A DNA stretch of 64,000 nt from Octopus sinensis. Lineage: Eukaryota. Where the stretch lies: positions 134,354,001 to 134,418,000 of the forward strand of contig NC_042999.1 in the NCBI RefSeq assembly GCF_006345805.1. Direction: 5' to 3'. The notes below the pieces were generated by a model. The model saw only the letters and a list, made by a program, of their open reading frames with translations. It had not been told where the DNA came from and searched no databases. Each line of letters starts with the position of its first letter. The stretch's first letter is position 1. A program made the position numbers and the translations under genes. Positions 12,035 to 23,742 of this stretch are shown piece by piece.

Positions 12035-12350
12035 CAGTAGTTCTCAACTATATTTTGCCTATGGACCCTCTTTTGATTTTTACCCTACTGGACCTCCATA
12101 ATCATTCGATGTGTATATAAAATAATTCTACTGTATTTTTATGATTAAGAAGTAATGCATGTCGCCACTTCAATATGGCTGTTCCGTACGCCTGGCGTAC
12201 GGAGCAGCCATGTTTAAGTGGCGACAAACATTACTTCTCAGTATAGTTACTACTTTAATCTCTTATAGAGAATTTGCTTGTTAAATATTATTAGAAATTG
12301 TATAAAGAAATTTTAATATTTTGTGTATTGTAGAAGTATAAACAATTTAT
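12035..12350 (+). mobile_element. hAT-like MITE fragment carrying a hairpin insertion
   Basis: Begins cagtagttctcaac; aligns with the 55386 copy except for an insert at 12149-12280. Confidence 0.6.
12148..12238. repeat. 91-nt hairpin (45-bp arms, 1-nt loop)
   Basis: agaagtaatg...ccgtacgcc-t-ggcgtacgg...cattacttct; about 5 mismatches. Confidence 0.9.
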
Positions 12351-12753
12351 TACTCTTTTACTCTTTTACTTGTTTCAGTCATTTGACTGCGGCCATGCTG
12401 GAGCACCACCTTTAGTCGAGCAAATCGACCCCAGGACTTATTCTTTGTAAGCCTAGTACTTATTCTATCAGTTTCTTTTGCCGAACCGCTAAGTTACGGG
12501 GACATAAACACACCAGCATCGGTTGTCAAGCGATGTTGGAGGTACAAACACAGACACACACATACATATATATATATATACATATATACGACGGGCTTCT
12601 TTCAGTTTCCATCTACCAAATCCACTCACAAGGCTTTGGTCGGACCGAGGCTATAGTAGAAGACACTTGCCCAAGGTGCCACGCAGTGTGACTGAACCCG
12701 GAACCATGTGGTAGGTAAGCAAGCTACTTACCACACAGCCACTCCTGCGCCTA
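12351..12753 (-). mobile_element. tRNA-derived SINE family A, full length
   Basis: Head ggcgcaggagtggctgtgtggtaag...ggttcagtc (A/B-box-like), internal (TA)/(TG) tract, (AGTAAAAG)n tail; many copies in the window. Confidence 0.9.
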
Positions 12754-13094
12754 CACATATTGCACATAATTTTTAGCAAATTCTTATATGGACCTCAGAT
12801 GAGAACCACTGGTTTAATCAGAAGAGAAAGAGCAGAGTCCATGAACTTTTCCAAGGTTTCCAGGACAAGTGAGAGATCTGGCCGAAATACTTACCTCAGA
12901 GAGGACTTTGCAAAAGAGGCTCCTCCACTAACATATTCAATATATCCTCCACTATTTGAAAAAGCTAAGAAAACAACGAATGCGATTAAAATGACTTTAC
13001 CTATTCAAGAAATGTATGGCTTTGTATCTAGCTTATCGCAGAACAAAATGCTTTGTGATATTTTCTTCGGCTCTTTACGTTCCAAGTTCGAAAC

Positions 13095-13383
13095 ACACTG
13101 AAGTCGACTTTGCTTTTCATCCTTTTAAGGTCGATAAAATAAGTACTAGCTGAGTACAGGGATCGATGTAATCGACTTAACCTCTGCCCCAAATTTGCTG
13201 GCCTTGTACCAAAATTTGAAATTATTATTATTATTATTAACTGAGTTCAAATTCCAACGAGGTCGACATTGCCTTTCATTCTTTCGGGGTCGATAAATTA
13301 AGTACCAGTGAAATTCTGGGGGTCGATGTAACCGACTTGTCCCCTCCCCCAAAACTTCAGGCCTTGTGCCTATAATAGAAAGG

Positions 13384-13442
<59 letters not shown>

Positions 13443-13910
13443 CATTATTATTATCATCATCATTATTTTTATCATTATTATTATTATCAAGAATGCGATC
13501 AAAATGTTTAGCTGTATTTCGTCAGTCTTTAGGTTCTGCGTTCAAATGCCGCCGTTGTCGACTTTGCCTTTCCTCCTTACGGGGTCGGTAAATTAAGTAC
13601 CAGTTGAAGTACTGGGGTCGATGTAATCGACTATCCCCCTCTCCCAAATGTCAGGCCTTGTGCCTATAGCAGAAAGGATTATTACTATTAGGAAGGCAGC
13701 GAACTGGCAGAGTCATTAAATCGTCAGAAAAATGCTGTTTGGTATTTCGTCCGACTAATTACGTTCTTGAGTTCAAACTCCGCCAAAGTCGACCTTGCCT
13801 TTAATCCTTTGTGGATGGTTACAAGAAGTAACAACTGGACACTGGAGTCGATGTAAGCGACTTACTCCTACCGCTAAAATTGCTAGCCTTATGCCAAAAT
13901 ATGAAGCCAT
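13095..13910 (+). mobile_element. Four tandem copies of tRNA-derived SINE family B
   Basis: Repeated gagttcaaat...gtcgact/cttgcctttcatcc...ggggtcgatgtaatcgact...ggccttgtgcc units with (ATT)n tails. Other family B copies near 15290-15695, 18270-18470, 19468-19650, 20200-20400, 45120-45750, 51290-51505, 54790-55280, 60670-60860 (+) and 38330-38720, 57140-57330 (-). Confidence 0.85.
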
Positions 13911-13984
13911 TATTGTTTTTACTAGCAAAGATGTTTTTCCCGACGACTGGGTGTTAAGATTTGCATATACCATAATTCTTGCAA

Positions 13985-14024
13985 ATTTATATTCTGGAAG
14001 GCTCTCTCTCCTCCTCCTCTCCAC

Positions 14025-14067
<43 letters not shown>

Positions 14068-14481
14068 ACAAAGAAGATTTAACTCTTTTGAGACACACGT
14101 TGTTTTGGTATGTGTAGCCAAAAAAGACGAAACTTTTTCTATTGAGATTTATCTACTGAAAGACGATCTCTGATGAGCTATTACACTTCAAAACCACCCA
14201 GGCCGATTCATCGGCCCAAGTGACGCAAATTGAAAGGACTTTGAGGCCGATCCAGCGGCCCGATAGAACAAATGTTGTGAGTGGTTGGTTTTGAAGTGTA
14301 ATAGCTAATCAGAGATCGTCTTTCAGTAGATAAATCTCAATAGAAAAAGTTTCGTCTTTTTTGGCTACACATACCAAAACACCGTGTGTCTCAAAAGAGT
14401 TAAATCTTCTTTGTGTGTGTGTGTGTGAGAGAGAGAGAGAGGTGGGGAGGAGGAGGAGAAAGAGCCTTCTAGAGTATAAAT
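13985..14481. repeat. Inverted duplication, ~200-bp arms, 89-bp spacer
   Basis: 13985-14196 versus 14286-14481; unique parts differ at a handful of sites; embedded (CT)n/(CA)n tracts differ in length. Confidence 0.9.
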
Positions 14482-17178
14482 ATGACATTGGAAAGTGAGA
14501 GATACTACCCGTTGCAACTAGCGAAGTTGTAGTGCGTGATGCGTAAAAAAAAACAAAAAAAATGTTTTCATAACTGCGGACATATGAACTGGAATATTAA
14601 AAAAAACATATCGCAACATATCAAAATGCGTTTTTGGCTATTCGAATAATTTTTCATCTAATTAAAAAGGGGAAAAAAATCACCTGATAACACAAATAGA
14701 TTGGTTGTACTACATCGGCTATAATTTTCAATTCATTGAACCAGAACATAAAACGTCTTTCAATGAGAAATTATTAATTGCTAAAGCTAAAAACATAAAT
14801 AAAAGTAAAAACAAACAAACAAACAAAAATATGATAATGATAATGATAATCATCTTCTTGTGTGCTGACTGCAACTAAAATGTGCCGAAGTGAGTACATT
14901 ATGAAAGAATCACTGGCGACGGGAAACAGAAAACTGTCTGAATTGTGATACGGCAGTAAAATAAACAAAGTGGTCGTTAATGTCAAATCATTCTTGATAT
15001 CGTATTCCAAGTGAAGCAATATGTTTACAAATTAATGGATATCTCGTGTAATAATTCCAGTTCTCATCTATTTGCGATGAGCACAAAGATACTAGCCTAA
15101 TCCCAATGTGCTATCAATGTTGATATATAGGAACCATAATCCTTGTGTGCTATCATCAACGCATTGATATAGGCATTATCCCAGTGTGTTATCAATATAT
15201 TGTGATATCAATATATGCCAGTAAGAATGATGAAGTAGCCAAACCGTTTAAGGCATGGACAAAATACCTTGTGGTATTAAATGACATTACTTTACGTCTG
15301 GTTTGTACAAATCCTACCGAGCGAAACTCTATTTTTCATCCTTCCAGAGTTGATAAAATAGAGTACCAGTTCGGTAGTGGAGCCAATTTAATCGATCAAC
15401 CCATACCCAAATGTATGATCATATACCCATATTAGAAACGGTTATTTTTTTAATAACATTAAAAATTAAAAAAAAAAGCAGCAAGCTAGCAGAATCGTTA
15501 GCACGCCGGAAATGCTTGACGGCATTTATTCACGGCTTCACGTTCTCAGTTCAAATTTCATTTAAGTCGACTTTGCTTTTCATCCTTTCGGGGTCGACAA
15601 AATAAGCGACAGTCGAACACAGGGTTCGATATAATCAACTAGACCTCTCTCCACAAATTTCGGGGCATGTGACTAAAGTAGAAAGGATTATTAATAATAG
15701 TTCACTTATTCCAGATCTATGAACACTGTATCTACGTATTTATTCTTTTCCAGACCGCCTGAACAGTAATAGTGCAGAATAATGCATTCAGTACAAGAAA
15801 CACAATGAAATAATGAAAGTGACAATTGCATAATCTCACAACTGTATCTACAGAGCCATTATCTCACTTTTTCAATTTTATTAAATATGAAATCAGTTAA
15901 ATTTCGTTTCTTAGACGATAAAGATACTGTTAATGCGGATTGACTTAAACTCCGTTTTCTGACAATAACATCTTTTAATTTTTCATCAACTCCTTTTTTC
16001 TTCATAGCACTTACTTCCTTTAGGGAGTTAAAACAGTTTTCATTCCTTTTATTGCAAGAGTGCTTTGAAAGCAGCCGACTTTATAAAGAAACAACTTAAA
16101 AAATGAAAAGAAAAAAAACTTGTTTGTTCATCTTCATGGCTTCACTCTACCTTACCACATTGCGGTTTCATGTAACAGTTGTGCATTCGCCAGAGGCTTT
16201 GATGTAATCGTTCTGTCTTTGTCGCCCGCGAGTCCATTTTCTGTCTAGAATCGAATAAATGACTTGTAATCCATTCCTAGAAATTTGTTTTTGTTTTTTA
16301 TTTTTTAACCACAAAGCAATAATCGACCTACTTGATAACGTCATATTACTGTTGTCGACTACGATGGTCTACTATCTTATCAAAGATGAAGACAAGGGTC
16401 TATCTTGACGAGACTTCAACTCAAAACGTAAACAGACGAGATTAAAATCTGCTTGGCAGTTAATCTGTTGCTCCGCCATTTGTACCAAAACACTACTTTA
16501 GTAAAAGTATGATATATTTAACAAAAGAACAACAATAAATTTCATGTAAATTGTTTTCTTTTTTAACGGATAATTTAATATTCAACAAGTCTCATTACTG
16601 TGAGATTACAAGATTGATTTTAAAAGTCGAAGAAAGTAGAAGTGTAAATGATATATCATGAATTCAACAAGAAAAACTGACGAATTTAAGATAATTACAG
16701 AATCAGTAGTAATCTCTGGTAAGTTGTGAACTAATGAAAAACTGATATTTTTAACTCTAAAAAGAATCTTGTATTTCTTAGAGTTTGAAGTATAAAAACG
16801 TAAGACGTAGCTGTCCGTGAATCGTAACAGAAAGAAGATGGACATTTATCGAGAGAAAGATATGAAGTTGAATAAGCGTAAGGAAATGAATAAATTTTTT
16901 TCAAAAATTGAATAGAAAAGACCCTGGAGCAGAAATAAAGAAAAAAAATGCTTAAACAGACGCTTCAATTTTGCAAAAATTTCTTAGTTATATATAGTTA
17001 GTCTGAGATCAGAACTATCCTGATCAGATACGGTAGACTGATTAGATGAGGTATTCACATTGAAAGGGAATATTGGTTGTCATTTTGGCCTACAATAAAC
17101 TAACAAATGTTGTTTTGAAAAAAATTCTCTAATCTAAGGTGAGTGACAGTTTGGACAAGCCATTTGTGTATACGTATG

Positions 17179-17218
<40 letters not shown>

Positions 17219-18879
17219 CATGAGTGTGCATGTGTTGTCTTTATAAATTTTTTGAATTCCTCCAATAAAGGGGCTGGTTTCTAACAAAGAAAACAAAGAA
17301 ATAAAGCTTCACTGCTGGAATTTAGATACCAAAATCAGTTGCATATCCAATTTTATAAAAGTCTTAAGTATTTCCAGTTTTCTGCTTACAGATTGAATTT
17401 GTAAAATCTATGTCAGCTGGTCAAATACATTGCCTTAAACCCTGAGGTTTTGAAGAGGGGGTTAATACTTGTACTACTTAGACAATCATTAACATAACCC
17501 AGTGCAGATAGGATTATGGGTAATCTGGAGGTGAAGGTTTCAAAGTATCTGTAAATATTGACTTTTACTCAAATATCGAAGGAAATATTCAAGTCCACAG
17601 GCCAACTGACTTCTATAACAGGTTCGTACGTATGTATGCGTGTTTATAGTAATAAACAAAAGTAGCCTGATATTTTTTAATGACATTTTACCCAAGGAAA
17701 TTAAGTGTTGATGCAGCAAACCAAATGTTTGTCCAAAGTACATGGTTAAAATAACTGAGGCATAATCTCTATAATATTAGGAAATCTTAAGTTGAACCTT
17801 AGAAGAAAACCATATTTTCTCTACATTGTTAACATTTCCTCTTATAGCGACTTCCATATATTTCTTTGACTAAGTGAAGTATATGAGAATCGCATGATCA
17901 ACACCAGCTTCAATATTTATTTAGCATTTTTTTTAGCTAATTAATAGAGGCAGTAGAGCACCACACTAATTGTATCCAGGTTATATACAATTTCATACTT
18001 CTACAAGTTCAAATTCGTGGCTTGATAAAATAAATATTAGTATGACAAAATGTGAGGCTTAATATGAGAAATGTCTATATATTTGCATACCAATATTGTT
18101 GACTGAGAAAGTAGTGCATAATTCATCTAAATGACAGTCGACCGATCAAGTTTGTACTCTTCCACCAGTTCTGCAATGTGTCTATACACATTTGCATAAA
18201 TTTCGCACTAGTACAGTTGATACATCAAGATGATACAATTTATATTCACAATATGTTGGTAGTGATTTAAGGTGACGAGCTGGCAGAATCTTTAGCACGT
18301 CGGGCAAAAAGCTTAGCGGCATTTCGTCGTTCTTTACATTCTGAGTTCAAATGCCGCCGGAGTCGACTATGCCTTTCATCCTTTCTGGGTCGATAAAATA
18401 AGCACCAGATGAACATTGGGGTCAATGTAATTGACTTATCTCCTCCCAGAAATTGCTGGCTCTGAACCAATATATTTGTAATGTTTGTAATGGAATTGCA
18501 GAAACAATAAAGAAAAGAATCATATGGCTCCAGCTTTACTATTCAGCATTCTGGGGTGACAAAATTCCAGTCGAATATCAGAATCAATTTCATTATGCCG
18601 GTCTTCGTCAACATACAATGGATCATTTTGGGGCAGTAAACTCTAAATCCCTATCCTACCATGAGATACAAAGAACAGATAAAGCTTAACACCAGTTGAA
18701 GAACATTGCTCTTTGTCAAGATTATCAACCATTACCCCATTATATCACAACACGTACATATACTTCAATGTTTTACTCACGCATTCATTCTTCTTCTCTC
18801 TACTTATCTATCAATCTTTCTCTGAAGCGTACCCCATTGAAAAGAGGTAATGCCAAAGAAAAAGAATATGTCTATGTCT

Positions 18880-19370
18880 CTGTTTTAATGTGTGACTTGG
18901 AGCATTTACGATATCTTAAATGTGACAGAGAACAATCCATATATATAAGTGCGACACTGGCAAGTCAAAATAACCTGATGTTTGGCAAACCTCAGACCAC
19001 ATAGCATCATATGGCACCCAAAAGTCATATTTTAATACATAACACACATCAACCTTTACCTTAATGCATGATCCCTTGTAAGACATAAAATTTGATTCGT
19101 AGCTTTGTACAACTCTTATAACATACGATATGATATCACCAATTATATATTTTGGTATGTGACACACTGCATGTCAACTATCACATGTGACAAAGCTAAC
19201 GACTGACATTGTAAGGTTTTACATTTACAAGTCATGTATGATACATCTTTAGACATGTTTGAATAAGTGACACATTCCAAGTCATACATACATGATACAT
19301 CCGAAACTATATATTTTAATGTGACACACCTCAAGTCATACATTGTTATATATGACATAGCCACGTATAT
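18880..19370. repeat. Degenerate repeat region (tgtgacac...aagtcata motif)
   Basis: Recurrent tgtgac/gtcata words at irregular spacing. Confidence 0.5.
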
Positions 19371-19949
19371 GTGTAAGGTTGATAACTCGAGCTATGCGTC
19401 TTAATCTTAGTCATATAATTTAATTTGTCACTTATCTCCTAGAGGTATTTTACTATTAACACTGATTTAGAGCGGCGAGCTGGCAAAATCGTTACCGCGT
19501 GGGACAAAATGTTTAGAAGCATTTCTGCTGGATTTAGGTTCTGAGTTCAAATTCCGCCGAGGTCGGAATTTTATCAATCCTTTTGGGATTGATAAAATAA
19601 AGTATCAGTCAAATCTCGGGCCTTGTGCCTATAGTAGGAAGGATTATCGTGATACTGTTTAAATAATTTATCTCGATGTGTGATACAAACGGTTGGACAA
19701 CCATTTCGTTGGAAAATATATTGTCACTTGATCGAAAAGTAATGTTTTAAAGCAGACAAAATAGCAACATCTGTAAATACTAGCGTTAATAACTTCAAAA
19801 ATATCCTACGAAGCTATTTATTGTTCTGGTTTCAAATGTGTTCACATTCCTTCACTAAATACTCAATACAATTAACAGAAGAATGCATTTTTTGTAGAAT
19901 CATTAAAGTAGTAGGTTCGATCTATATTTTGCAATATTTGCTTCTACTA

Positions 19950-20170
19950 AGGCGCATGGCTTAGTGTTAGACTCATGATAATAAGATTGTTGTTTCGATT
20001 CCTGGAAGGGGCGACGCGTTGTGTTCTTGAGCAACATTTCATTTCACGTTGATCCAGTCCTCTCAGTTGGCAAAAATGAGTGATCCTGCGACAAATTGGC
20101 GTCCCGTCCAGGTGGGAAATATGTACACCATGGAAACCAGCGCTATGTGTCTGTATGAATCGGGAAGGAA
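19950..20170 (+). mobile_element. tRNA-derived SINE family C (CORE-like central domain, tentative)
   Basis: ggcgcatggcttagtg...gtttcgattcc...gcgttgtgttcttgagcaa...cagtcc.ctcagttggcaaaaatgag; related copies at 28570-28835 and 54640-54795, weaker at 10920-11100 and 39690-39905. Confidence 0.65.
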
Positions 20171-20539
20171 CTTTACTTTTTTTCTTACTTCCACTAAGAT
20201 AGAAACGTTAGAAGTCGTGCAAAATGCTTAGCGGCAGTTCGTCCGTCTTTACGATCAAAGTTCAAATTCCGCCAAGGCCGACATTGCCTTTCATCTTTTC
20301 GGGGTCGATAAAATAAGTAGCTTTGAGTACTGGGGATAGATGTAATCGACTTGTCCCCTCCTACGAAATTGCTGGCCTTGTGCCAAAAATTGAAATCAGT
20401 ATTTACTTCCACTACGTTCTGAATTTAAATCTTGCTGGATTCAAGCATGTTGATGATTTATCTATCAATCAATTAGAGTTGGTGTCTTGTCTATCATTTA
20501 TAATAGAGTTGAAGATTCGCCTGTCAATTATGTGTTGAC

Positions 20540-21285
20540 AACTTGTCAGTCAATTATATTTGAGTTAACGACTTGCCAGTTGATTATATTAACGTTTATG
20601 ACTTGCTTGTCATTCATAACAGTGCTGTTGGTTACCGAATAATAATTTCAGTGTTGATAACTTGTCGGTTAATTATATTAAGGTAGATGGCTTGACTAGT
20701 CAATTAATCTTCGTGATTTGTCAGTCAGTTAATTATAGCGTCGATGACTTGTTAGATAATTATATTAGTATTGGTGACTTGTCAATTATATTAGTGCTGA
20801 TTTACTTGTCAATCAATTATATTAGTGTTGATAACATTCAGTCGATTATATTAGTGTTGACTTATTTGTCAGTCAAGGATATTAGTGTTGCTGATTTGTC
20901 AATCAATTATATTAGTGTTGACTTATTTGTCAGTCAACGATATTAGTACTGCTGATTTGTCAATCAATTATATTAGTGCTGAAGACTTGTCAATCAATTA
21001 TATTAGTGCTGAAGACTTGTCAATCAATTATATTATTAGTGTTCATTTACTTTCGATCAATTATAATAGTGTTGATTTTTTTTTGTCAATCTATAATATT
21101 GGCGTTGATGTTTTTTTGTTTTTTTTTGTCGATCAATTATGTTAATGTTAATTTACTGTTAATACATTATACTATTATTAATTTATTTGTCAATCAACTG
21201 TATTAGCGTTGCTGATTTGTCAGTCAATAATATTAACATCGAAGATTTTATTAGTCAATTATATTAATGTTACTGACTTGTGAAA
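20540..21285. repeat. ~30-bp minisatellite, roughly 25 degenerate units
   Basis: Consensus close to TATTAGTGTTGATGACTTGTCAATCAATTA; exact 30-bp repeat at 20971-21030. Confidence 0.9.
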
Positions 21286-21409
21286 GATTTATGTTATTAT
21301 TCAAGCGATTAATTACATTTAACCCAAATTTTGACTTTGAATCCAGGAGACAAAAACATCAAATACCTCTCCACTTCCGTTCGACTTCAACAACTGGTTG
21401 AGATAGAAA

Positions 21410-21450
21410 TCACAAGAAATCACAACTGGAGTTTTAATATATATTTTATT
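21410..21450 (-). terminator. Candidate polyadenylation signal of the NET gene (implies a ~2.3-kb 3' UTR)
   Basis: Minus-strand AATAAA at 21445-21450 followed about 20 nt later by a GT-rich element (gttgtgatttcttgtgatttc). No transcript data. Confidence 0.4.
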
Positions 21451-22240
21451 GCATCATCGTTTGATGTTAGAAAATCTAGACAAGTTACAATACATTGCAC
21501 AACGCATGCAATGAAAGTTCCGGTTGTCCCAAACATACAGACTCACAAATCCACAACCAAAACACTGCTTTCATTGGTATAATTTTTTTTCTTTAATTGA
21601 TTTAAATTAATTAGACAGATTTTTTAATTAAAAAAAAACAGAAAGAGAGAGCTAAAGAGCTAGAGAGAAAGAGAGAGAGAGAGAGAGAGAAGAAAGAAAA
21701 GCAAAACGTTCGAACCTTCGTCCCTTGAGTTTAAAATGGGGGACGTATTATGCAGAAATTTTCATCTTGTACCACCCGTCTCAAACTAACCAGATGTCCA
21801 CATAGGTGAATACTAAATATGAGATTATTTCAAAAACGTGGGTCGGGGTATTAGTTAAGCAGCTACAAACCACGACCCCCTTCAGATTATTTTTTTTCTA
21901 TGTTGGTGGTTGTGCAACAAAAGATAACAATAAATAAAACAGGTTGTTAATTGAAGAAAAAATTAAACATTAATGCATTTAAATGGGTTTCTAAGGATGG
22001 TGTAAGTTATTAGTAGTAAAGAGAGAGAGAGAGAGAGGGGGGAGGAAGGAAGGAAGAGGCAGAGAGAGGTGAAAGGGTGTAGATGGCTCTCTACCTTGTA
22101 CAGCAATATATCAACATAAGTGATATAGTCACACACACTATGTGAACGTTGCACAAGTTAGTGATGTGTTTTGTGAGACGAACTCATAAAAACCATCATC
22201 ACTATTATATTATTATTATTGTTATTATTATTATTATTAC

Positions 22241-22284
<44 letters not shown>

Positions 22285-22925
22285 GCCAGGCCATATATGT
22301 CTATGTTAGAAACAATTACTATTTACGATACGGTGGTTGGCAGAAGAGTCAAGAGCTCTTGTTTTAACGCTTTACGCTGGCCAACTTTGCATCGATCACA
22401 TTTCTATAGTTTAGGTTCACTACAAATGAGGAGGATGGTTTCACTTTGTCCCTACAGCGACTTGGATTGCATGAAATACACACTAATATAATTATTTATA
22501 ATGGAGGCAGGCAATCAAAAACCCAGTTTTTTTTTTCCCTGTTTAAAAAAAAAAAAATTACGCATATATATAATAATGATAATAAAACCTTTTGTGTCTT
22601 GATTAAAGTAAAAAGAAGAGAGGACGATGAAAATGAAATATAAAAAAAATATAAAAGAAAGGGAACAAAAACAGAACAAAAACGCCATCTGTTAGTGTTG
22701 TCGTTGTTGCTGTTGTTTCGATGAAGGGTTTGTCTCAAAATACACACATGCACTCTCACCCACTATACATATATATACACATATATATACATACATATAT
22801 ATATATATACATACCCATATACATATAAATATATACATATAAACACGCATATAGATAGTTATATACATGGTGTATATAAATATATATATATATAGTGTGT
22901 GTATATATATGTATAAATAGTGTAT

Positions 22926-22959
<34 letters not shown>

Positions 22960-23466
22960 AGAACACACATAGAGATAATTATATACATAGTGTAGTCACA
23001 CAGTTTCAAGTATTCTCAATGCTTCTAGTGACTGACATTTTCAACGATTTTTGTTTATTATCACTTTACATCACATTTATAAACATATACGTAATTAAGA
23101 CTTATATATACATATATGTATATGTGTTTTTTTTTTGTGTGCGTGTATGTATGTATGCATTCGTATGCGCATGTTTGAATACGTGTGCATTACGTATACA
23201 TAAACACATGCATATACAAACACACTTACACACATAACCATGTGCGCACGTGTGTTGATTGTGTTCAGGTAATCTGTGACAGACACGCACACACACACAT
23301 GCGCAGTTGCATATTACAGAGTAGGGAAAGAGAAAGAGAGAAGACGAGTTCTGTATATCATTACATTGCAACGATATTTACTCATTCATTTACAAATGTT
23401 TTTCTTCGCTCTTCTTTATTGTTTATCATTACAATATTTTATACATAATATTTCTTATTATACATA

Positions 23467-23523
<57 letters not shown>

Positions 23524-23742
23524 ATATATATACATACATATATATATATGCATACCATGTATGCATGTGTATATGTAAGTGTGTGATTATATTCAGGTGT
23601 CATTGCATGTATGTATGTATGTAATGTGTGATGTTGCTGTTGTAATTATCATTCAGTCACACATGACTGAAGGGGCAAGGAACCAGTTCAAAATAGAAAG
23701 ACTGAAAAACTTATTAGTTTGTTACTTAAAATCGGTATATAG

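Noticed and set aside
20540-21285. CRISPR-like array
   Set aside because: Contiguous tandem units with no unique spacers, no cas genes, eukaryotic context.
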